A DNA stretch of 64,000 nt from the human T2T-CHM13v2.0 reference genome, Homo sapiens: NCBI RefSeq assembly GCF_009914755.1, contig NC_060925.1. The stretch is one strand, 5' to 3'. The notes below the pieces were generated by a model. The model made no database searches. It saw only the letters and a list, made by a program, of their open reading frames with translations, and had not been told where the DNA came from. This document shows positions 53,176-64,000 of the stretch, piece after piece. How positions within the stretch are numbered: position 1 is the first letter of the stretch; each line of letters starts with the position of its first letter. Both the position numbers and the translations under genes were made by a program.

Positions 53176-55020
53176 CAAAAACCCTAAAGCACTTCAGAAA
53201 ATAAAGAGCTCCCTAGACAGTCATAAAATGTTTGTAGGCAGGGGTCTTGAGAATTGTAAAGGGTAGGGCTCCCAGTCAATCCTTCCCAAATCTTCTAACC
53301 TATGGTATTTTGGATGGAGGCTGTGGGGGTGGTGGAAAGGGATGGAGAAAAAAACAAACAAACAAACAAAACAAACAAACAAAAAAACAAGAATCTTGCA
53401 GTTCAGAAGATGAGAGAGGGGAATGGGTCCTTTGTTCTCAGGTCCTAAGATCATTTTATAGACTCTGACAGTAGAATCTTATGCCCTGTTCCTTCAGAAG
53501 GCATCATGAAAAAGTGACAAGCTCCATAAGAAAGAAAGGCTACAGAGTGAGTTTAGGTTGAACAAGATCAAAACCCTTACAGATACTACTCCTGCCCTTC
53601 AATGGTCCAGAAGCAACAGGCTGATTCACACACCCCAAAGTATTGCACTGAAACAGAAGCAAAAAGGAATCTCTCCATACAGCATGCTTGAATCGAGAGC
53701 CAAAGAAAAACCTGGAGGCTGGTCATCTATTAGACTAGAGGATTCCTTAGTCACTGTTTTCTTATGCTAGGTAAGCTCCACAAAACTTAGTTGCAATTTG
53801 GAAAGAAACTTCCATGAGCTGAAATTAAACTTAGAAAAAAAAAGTGTAGTTTTGCATACCTTAATTACAGATTTTCATAGTACACAGCACTTCATCAAGT
53901 AAGTATCTACTTGATGGCCTCTCAGGCGCAAGAATATGGGGAGGTGGGAGGAGATTGGAGAATTAGTATTTCATGTGCATTTGTAAGCACCAGCATCAGT
54001 GCTAAGTGCTTTACGTGTATTAAGTTCCTTATCCTAGAAATAAAATAATTAAAACCCAGTAGGAAGTAACTACTGTAATATCTGGTTTTATAAATGAAAA
54101 AGTTGAGTCTCACAGAAATAACATGGCCAACACTCCCCAGGTGGTGATAGGATTCCAACGCAGGACCATCTCTCCTTCTGACTTGCTCAAATCTGGGCCA
54201 CACCCCACACCTTGTCAAATTTTTATCCTTCATATCTAGCACCCACCAGATTACTACCTAAGTTCATGAAGAACCCGGGCATCTGATCTCAGTGTCTCTC
54301 TCTCCTATCCCATTTTACCATTATTCTGCTATAATCAGCAATTCACTGACCTAACTAAACCAAGGCCATTATAGTTACCAACATCTTTACCCCTTCTGAA
54401 ATCTTAAACTAAGGATCCCACTTACTTTTCATAACCTTCACTCTTTCCACCTTTTTCTCACTCTCCTACTTTTATTAAACCTATATCAGGAGCTCCTAAA
54501 AACTATTACTCTTTGCATCATCCTTCTTTATTATCCCAGGCTAGCCTCTCCTGCCCACACCACAAACTCATTATATCAATCACTTTAACAGTGCTCTAAC
54601 AATGCTGTCAGTTCTTCTCCTTCTCTTCTTCCACCCCACCCCTGCCAGTCCTAACCCAGAGGCAGCCTCCTATTTCCTGAGTATGAACTGCTAAGTGTTG
54701 CTAGAGAAAATCACCTGGCTCTGTGAATTGCTGCCACTATAAATCTATGACTTCACATCCCAATGGGACTCTCGAACACTGTCCAGCACTGTTTATATTG
54801 GTCCTTATTCAGCTTCCTCTCACATTCTCCACGCAAACAATTCGTTGCCTCTTCAAGCTCTCCAATGACCCCCAGTCCCTTCTCTCACAGAGGATTGAAC
54901 CTCATACAGCACTGGAAAAGTGGGGCCACAAATAGCAAATATTGTCCCATTCCAGCAAACTACCCGTTCTTTTATCCTTACCTCCTATTCTCAGGGGGAG
55001 AACAGTCTTTTGCCTCTGGT

Positions 55021-55867
55021 CAGCAAATCCTCAAATAATGTCATTTCATTCAACATCATTTCAGTATAACACTGATGACGGAGGAAAAGAAAAGCAATTC
55101 TGGCCAGGGCCACTGCCTGTGTGGAATTTGCACGTTCTCCCAATGTCTGCATGAGTTTTCTCTTGGTACTCCATTTTCCTCCCACAAACCAAAGCTGTGC
55201 CTGTTAGGTTCATTGGCATGTCTACCTGGTCCCTATCTGAGTGAGTGTGGGTGTGTGTGAGTGCACCCTATGATGGAATAGTGTATTGGTCAAGGCTGAT
55301 TCCCACCTTGCCCCTGAGCTTTTGGGAGAGGCTTTGGGCACCCAGCAGTCACCCATGACTCAGAACTGGAATAAGCATGTCAGAAAATGAAAATAATGAA
55401 TACAAATTATTATAAAATAAAAATTTGTAAAGTAAATGATAATCATACAAATGCACAAAAACAAAAATGGTAGGAAAGCACTCAGCGAGCAGCCCTACTT
55501 GTTAATGTTTTTAAATTACGTGGTGGGAGAGGGGCTCCTTACAAACATTTATTCCTTGACTGAACTCACCACTATGACCACATTCATTCATTAACTCACC
55601 AAAACTTGAGTAAATAATTATCTTATATGTTTTTATTAATCTTTTTAAAATGGATATATAGATCATATTTACTTCAATGTTTAATATTAGAAGTGTGTGT
55701 AGTCTTCCTCTAGGTTTGGTGGTGTTTTTATGAGCAGAAATATGATGTAAGAACATAACTCTTATTTATATCAGTTAGCTGGTGGTAAAATTGGTTTTGT
55801 TATGCATCATTTTACTTAAATCACAGTTTCCAAGAACCTTTCAACAATGTTGAGTGAAGACCTACTG
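55021..55867 (+). mobile_element. MER6 DNA element
   Basis: TIR-like ends cagcaaatcctcaaataatgtc...aatgttgagtgaagacctactg; internal tgtgtggaatttgcacgttctccc...tttcctcccaca segment characteristic of MER6. Confidence 0.8.
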
Positions 55868-56012
55868 CACATCGAAAACTGAATTTCTTCTCCTTTTCTA
55901 GAGTTTGCTCCATGAAATAAACTATTTAAAATTATATCCTCAACATGTTCTCCTCTGGTGCTTTCTTTTTTGCCTAAAAAAGTTCTACATATTTTCATTC
56001 TAAAAACATATA

Positions 56013-56332
56013 CAATTGACCCCTGAACAAAGTAGGGGTTGGGGTACTCACCGGTGCAGTTAAAAATCCTCATGTAAGTTTTGCCTCCTCCAAAGTTTAA
56101 CTACTAGTGGTCTAATGTTGAAAAGAAGGCTTACCAATAAGAGAAGCAGTCATAAAGATGAGGAAATATATTTACTCCTCATCATAAGGTCTTCATCTTT
56201 CTTGCCTTCACATTGAGTAGACTGAGGAAGGGGCGGGATTGGTCTTGCTGTCTCAGAGGTGGCAGAAATGAAAGAAAATCCATGTATAAGAGGACTTGCT
56301 GGTTCATACCCGTATTGTTCAAGGGTCAACCG
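56013..56332 (-). mobile_element. Tigger2-derived MITE (Tigger2a/MER8-like, internally deleted)
   Basis: TIRs caattgacccctgaacaa...ttgttcaagggtcaaccg. Confidence 0.8.
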
Positions 56333-56697
56333 TGCTTATGTGTGTACACACACAGAGAACATATTGTCCTTGCTGTAAGCTGTGTTCCATCTCTTTTCAA
56401 GCTTTGTGAAAGCATAGTCTGTGTTTGTTTTCTCCATGCTCTTAAATCTTTCTCTCTCGTTTCTGTATCTATTCCACTCCGTTGAAAATACCCTCCGTAA
56501 AATCATCATTGAACTCCTGTTGGTCAAATCCACTAACCTATTTTCAGTTCTATGTCTCTTGCAGCTATCAGCACTGTCAAATTTAGTAATGTTACCTCTT
56601 CCCACTTTTAAAACTATTTTCCTCACCTGACATCCGGATCTCTTCTGATCACCAGGTCATTTCTCTCATCTTCTTAAATATTACCTTTTTTTTCCTT

Positions 56698-57662
56698 CTA
56701 GTTTCTGGCTGCAAATTAGAATTACCTGGGGTACTTTTTAAACAGCCTGAAGCTGTGGCCCCCATTTCACACCAATTAAATCTGATTATCTTGGAGGTGG
56801 AGCCCTGGCATCAGTTTTTTTTTTTTTTTTTTTTTTTTAAGTTCTCAAGGTGATTCTTTTAAAGTTCTCAAGGTGATTTTCATGAACAACTAAGGATTGG
56901 AGGCCCACAGGTTTTCCAGAAGCCAGTGATTCTTATATACACAAGCATGACTTAGAAGAGTCCTTAAATGCAAATTCTTAAGGACTGCCTGCCAGCAATT
57001 CAAATTCAGTAGGACTTGAATGGTGTGATGGTTAATATTGAGTGTCAGCTTGATTGGATTGAAGGATGCAAAATATTGTTCCTGGGTGTGTCTGTGAGGG
57101 TGTTGCCGAAGGAGATTAACATTTGAGTCAGTGGACTGAGAGAGGCAGACCCACGTTTAATCTGGAATGGACACCATTTAATCAGCTGCTAGCACAGCTA
57201 GGATAAAAGCAGGCAGAAGCACATGGAAGGACTAGGCTGGCTGTGTCTTTGGGCCTCCATCTTTTTCCTGTGCTGAATGCTTTCTGCCCTCAAACATTGG
57301 ACTCCCAGTTCTTCAGCTTATGGACTACTGGACTTACACCAGCGGTTTGTCAGGAGCTCTCAGGCTTTTGGCTACAGACTGAAGGCCGCACTGTTGGCTT
57401 CCCTACTTTTGAGGTTTTAGGACTTGGACTGGCTTCCCTGCTCCTCAGCTTGCAGATGGCTTATTGTGGGACTTCACCTTGTGATCGTGCAAGTCAGTAC
57501 TCCTTAATAAACTGCCTTTCTCATACATACATCTATCCTATTAGTTCTATCCCTCTAGAGAACCCTGACTAATACAAATAGGGTTCATGAATTTATGTTT
57601 TTAACAAGAGCTCCAGATGATGCTCATAAAGTATTCTAGGGGCCCTCCTTGAGAAACATTAG
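56698..57662. mobile_element. MER5-family (hAT-Charlie) relics; the second is split by the MLT2A LTR
   Basis: ttagaattacctgggg...ccaattaaatctgatt...ttctcaaggtgatt; ttcagtagga...[LTR]...ttttaacaagagctccagatgatgct...ttgagaaaca. Confidence 0.6.
57024..57576 (+). mobile_element. MLT2A (MLT2A2-size) HERV-L solo LTR
   Basis: TGTGATGGTTAATATTGAGTGTCAGCTTGATTGGATTGAAGGATGCAAA...GAGAACCCTGACTAATACA, 553 bp; TSD aatgg/aatag. Confidence 0.88.
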
Positions 57663-58788
57663 GAATTTACATCTATTCCCGTCCTTTGAAGATGCCTTCT
57701 AACCTGCCTTCTAAGCTTCTCTACCTGGATGTCACAGTCACATTAATCTTAACATCTCTGAAATAAAATGTATTCCCCACTCCTCGCCATACCTTCCCCA
57801 AATGCCATTGCTTATATTATGATTCTGCTCACTGCTAACGGCATCAATATCTATCTACTCGGTCTCAAGGCAGAAATCTTTGAGCCAATGTATTTTCTTT
57901 TTTCCAATTCTTCACAGTGTATTGACCAGCATAACTCAGATTGTACATAAGAAACAGCCCCAAATCTCTCCTTCCTCCCTACATTGTTCACACATTTGCT
58001 TAAATAATTGCTACTATCTCATACACATTTTCTCTGCCTCAAATTATCTCCACATTCCTGCCAGGATGAACTTTCCATTAATAAAATGCTTGCCAGATAA
58101 TAATGACTAACATTCAGTTCAGTGTCTCGTATATGCTAGACACTGCTAAGAATTATGCCTGTTTAACTCATTTACTCCTCACATCAGCACTTTGCCATAG
58201 GTGCCATTATTATCTCCATTGTATAGATGAAAGACAGATGATAAGAAACCTGCTCAAGTTTCCATAGTTAATAAGCAGCAGAGCCAGGATTCAGGCCCAG
58301 GCACATGTGCTCTTAATCACTCCCCTATACTGATATCTGATTACATTGTTTTCCATCTTTAAGATCTTGGCTTGTTCTACATTGCCTATAGAATAAAACA
58401 GACACTTTAGCATGACATACAAAGCCGTTCAGATTATGTCTACCTCCCAAACTCTTCAACCATATCTCCTGCCCTGTCCCCTCTATGCTCTGCTCACAGA
58501 CACATAATTTTCCTCCCCACCAAGACCTCTCATGGCTTCACTCTTTGCTATGTCTGCTCTGCCCACCTTGCATCTCTGTTCCTTCCTCCCACCCTAAATC
58601 TGACCAAGTGATGCCTAATCATCCTTTTAAAAATAATTTCAAATATTGCTAATTTTGTAAAAATATTGCAGATGCTTTCTGTAAATAGCTGCCAGTTTAC
58701 TTCATATCAGCTCTCCTTGAACTTCTTAACAGAATCTTATTACTACATCTTATTCATTGTAGTAGCCCCATTTTCCAGGAATAGTGAC

Positions 58789-59226
58789 TGTATTCATTTC
58801 CTAGGGGTGTTGGGACAAATTACCATTAACTTGGAGCAACAGAAGTTTATGTCTCACAGTTCTGGAAGCAAGAAGTCTGCAGTCAAGGTGTCAGTGGGGC
58901 CATACTTCCTCCAAGGATTCTGGGGGAAATCCTTCTACGCCTTTTCCAGTGTCCAGTGGTTCCTGGTGCTTTTGTCCTTTGTCCGTCTAACTTCAATCTC
59001 TGCCTTTGTCTTCACATAGCCACCTTCTGTATGTTTCACTGTGTCCTCTTCTCTTCTAATAAGGACACCAGTCTTTGGATTTAGGGCCCACCATCCATCC
59101 AGGATGATGTCATCTTGAACTTCCCAAATGAATTATATCTGCAAAGAACCTATTTTCAACTAAGGTCACATTTTGAGGTTGCAGATGGACATGAATTCTG
59201 GGGGACACACTAATCAACCCACTAAA
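58789..59226 (-). mobile_element. MLT1-family MaLR LTR
   Basis: tgtattcatttcctaggg...tctcacagttctggaag...taaggacaccagtc...ggatttagggccca...ggggacac. Confidence 0.8.
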
Positions 59227-59309
59227 GTGTCTGATAAGAAATAGTCAACAAATGATTATTGATTATTTGATAGGTAGAATGAATGAATAAATAACAGAAT
59301 GAACAGAAG

Positions 59310-60515
<1,206 letters not shown>

Positions 60516-60569
60516 AAAACCTGGCTCAAAACAATAAATAAATATAAGTATATAAATGAAAAGACAACT

Positions 60570-60795
60570 TAGTGGCTAAATGTTGGATTCAAATTCTACC
60601 TCTTGCAGTTAATAGCTACATAACCCTGAGCGAAGTTGCCAAGCCTTTGTTTCTTCATGTATAAAACTGGAATAATAGTAATAGCAATAGGTACTGCATA
60701 GAATTGCTGGGAAAACTATAGGAGATAATGCACGTAAAAGTGTTTAGTGCAGTGGCTGGCACATAGTAGGTGCTTATTAAATTAGCTATTATTAC
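60570..60795 (+). mobile_element. MIR (other MIR fragments at ~35110-35280, ~53950-54190, ~58100-58330, ~61960-62090)
   Basis: ggattcaaattctacctct...tttcttcatgtataaaactggaataatagta...tggcacatagtaggtgct. Confidence 0.7.
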
Positions 60796-62353
60796 TAAGC
60801 ATATGCATCATAAATGAACTATAAAGTCATGGAGGAGGAATGGGAATAAAAAAGATTTGAAAGAAAAATCAGAGTTTTGGCTCTGGACTACACTGATTAT
60901 CAGGGTTCTAGCAAAGTAGGTGTTACACTTGCCTTCACTCTTTCTCATTCTGTAATAAAGCAAATCTCTTCTCAGCAACTCACTAACTGTCTGAAATTGA
61001 TCTTCTACCAACTCTGTGACATAAACATTGCTTCCTCTGAGGCTGTTTCTTGACCTTGTAGCCATCTTGACTGGCCATCTCGTCTCTTCCAGCTGAAGCC
61101 CCTGCTGTTATTCAATTAAGCCTGGATACCAGACCAGAGGCTCCTGGACAGAGAGTCCCCAGCTCAGATCTCCTGTGGGCACAGCACACAGCTCACACAG
61201 GCAGAGCAGAGTGACTAACAGTTGGATTAGAGCTTTCTGGTTCACCCTGCACCGCAGGCAAAAAAACAATGTTCCTTTGGGTTTGCACTGTGTCTGGATA
61301 GAATGAGTCATTTAGTCCCATGAGGTACATAACATCGCATTTTAAATGGAACTCATTAAATACATTCATAAATGCAATTAAGATATTTCAGTAACATCAC
61401 AAAGCATTTATACAACTCATAAAAAAATACCATTTTACTCATTACCAATGTTCAAACCAGCTCTGAAATAACACATTTGTGCTTGGCCTATTGATTAAAG
61501 AGATATGACAGGTCACCACCAAATTTTGGCCTGTGTCTATCTTCTGAACATTGTAGATTATGTTTTAATATGAGATTTGTGAGCCAATCTCAATAATTAG
61601 CATTCTATCTTCTGGAATCATTGACAAATTTAGGGAGCAGAACAGGATGATATGTATAGTGGTGTGCTCACATGTCTAAAATAAAACAACCAGGAAGGAA
61701 TCTGAGTGATTGTAAAAACTGTTTTCTAAAAACATACAAATTATTTCTTTTAAAAGTATGTACACATATGCCAATGTTTGTATAAATTCACTGTCTCTTC
61801 TCACATATACGAGCAGGAGGATTTCCTTCTCTATGTGTCCACAGCATTTCCAAAATTCCTTTAGGATATCACCTTACAGTGAGTCCATGCAAGGCTTCTC
61901 CCATGCACTCTGTGAGACAATGAACTTTAGAGGAGAGGACTGTATAGGTTAGTTAGAGGTCAGGCTTTGAAGTCCAACAGCCCTGAGTTCTGATCTTAGT
62001 TCTACCATTTACTGGATGTGGATCCTTGAGCAAATTACTGAACTTTTCTTCCATCAGAGTTATTGGGAGAATCAACAAAAAAAATAAGTGCCCAATATAA
62101 ATGGTGACTACAGATGATATCATTGAAATAGTGGGCATTTAATCTTGTAAATGACTGTTTACTCTGTTTTCCTCTTTGCCTTGGTCTCTGGGAAGCTTAC
62201 AGACCAATTTTTCTGACTGTCTTGGTAACTGCAACTGCATGGGCCCAGATGATATACATTTCTGAGTGCAACTTTACCCCTGGTTTTTATTTATTATTTT
62301 ACTGCCCATATATTCAGCTGTCTTGGTTATTTACTTTTACTCTTGTAAAGGGG

Positions 62354-62377
62354 TGTGTGTGTGTGTGTGTGTGTGTG
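62354..62377. repeat. (GT)n microsatellite
   Basis: About 12 GT units. Confidence 0.9.
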
Positions 62378-64000
62378 CATATGTTTCACTTCAAATATTC
62401 TGTGGAGTAAACTGAGTACAAGTATGTAAGTTAATTAATAATTTAAAAATTCTAGCTGGTATAAATCAATAATTATACATATCTAATTATGTCACATGAC
62501 TCTTCAAGAAACATCTTATTCACTGTTGTATTCATAGTTCCTATCACAGTTTCTAAAACATAGAAGGCAATCAGTGGTTGTTCAATGGAAGAATATATTT
62601 TTCACTGTATTATGTACTCTTTTGTCTTTATCAGTAAGGAACTTCAATTTTTAGAAAAAGAGGAGAAAAATGGGAGGAACTTTATCTAAAACTATGAATG
62701 TCTGTAGTGTTCACATTAAGGCTAAGTTGGGGTTAAGTCAGCCAAACTTTCTCAAGGTTCTACAATAAAGGAAACCTTTAATATAACACAACACTCTACC
62801 ATACAAAGCTCTCTCCCTGTGTATTTTGGTATATTAACTCTAAGTTTATAGATAGGTAAAAAATACTTTGCCTTGAAAGATAACAGTAAAACTATCTTTT
62901 TAATTAACCTCAGAAAGTAAATAATGAATGAAAATAGATGATAGTTATACCAAAGGAAACTGGACATTTAGTTCTCATTTCATAAATGAACTCAAAATTC
63001 AACTAACACTTTTAATAGAATCTAAATCCCTGTCATTTGTCTCGGGAAGGGATAATGAATTAATAGTGTAAGCAGCAACCAGATTTATATATACATTAAT
63101 GTCCTAATTTATAAAAACCAATTTGTATGGTAACGGAAATAAAAGTGCAATACATTTCTTAATTTGTTTCCATGATCTCATTTACCTTATGAGTATTTGT
63201 TATTATTTGCTAAATTAATTAATTTCCCTTTTGCCACACTATCCCTGATTTTCTAGAAGGGGCAGCAATTGCTTTCTAGGGCCTGAAAGACATAGTGAGC
63301 CAGTGCTGACTGAAACACTGACTAATGACTTAGTGCCAGTAAGTGCTTGGATTTCCCCTCAAAGATCTGTCAAATGAGCTAGAGAACTGCAAAAAAGCAG
63401 CCCCTGCTATTCTCAGCATAGACTGACAATTTGTGCTAAATGGTTTCCAATTTGGGGATCTGGACAAATGCCCACTTGAGACTGTTTGACTCACCTGGTT
63501 ACTCTGAGTAGCTGTTAAATCCCAAAAGGGAAATAGTTTTCAAAAAAGAAAGGAAACTTGAAATTTTCTAATCTCTAAGGATTGATGTGGTTTGCCCCCC
63601 TGCCCAACCCCTGAATTCTACTCCTCCTTCCTCCTTTTCTTTGGAAAATAATCTGTGTCCTAACTTAAGTATGTTTACTTTTTTTTTCCCCAGGTTTGGG
63701 CCTGATTTTAACAGAATACCTGTGTCATTACTATTACTTTGAAAGTGAGGATGTGGGGCAAAGTTTTCACCTGGTATTACAGATAAAGTACAGATAAAGA
63801 AAATGAAGCAGTCTTCTGAAAATTATCACAAAGCACCATTGTATCCTAAATATTCATTAAGCCGAGTTGTATGGCACAATCCCATTAAATGAGCAACCAA
63901 AGAAAAGTGCTAGAGCATTATAATAAATGAAAATTGGAAACTGACCGAAAAAAGAGTTTACATTCAGTAACTCCAGTAGATGACATTTCTCAGAATGTCC

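Noticed and set aside
57243-57572. 109-aa ORF, and the 109-aa ORF at 1639-1968
   Set aside because: Both lie within MLT2 LTRs and are chance frames.

Overview
Human (primate) genomic DNA, AT-rich and repeat-dense, containing the 5' end of USH2A (usherin; Usher syndrome 2A / RP39) on the minus strand. It holds the non-coding exon 1 (~27779-27545), exon 2 (26871-26183, start codon at 26667) and exon 3 (23010-22845); all inferred junctions are canonical GT-AG and join in frame (aa 1-217). Positions 1-22844 are the proximal part of the long intron 3; no exon 4 is recognisable. Positions ~27800-64000 are upstream intergenic DNA. The rest is mostly interspersed repeats: degenerate L1s, about 13 Alus, MaLR/ERVL solo LTRs (MLT2, THE1, MST, MLT1), DNA transposon relics (MER20, Tigger2a, MER44, MER6, MER5) and MIRs. 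Repeat subfamily calls are by eye from remembered consensus sequences and need RepeatMasker/Dfam confirmation. I see no new protein-coding system. The most interesting signals are regulatory and sit in the USH2A leader: six upstream AUGs, a perfect palindromic RFX X-box in exon 1, and a 16-nt segment where a uORF, an AATAAA, a second uAUG and the splice donor overlap. There are also candidate upstream enhancers and several rearranged repeats.
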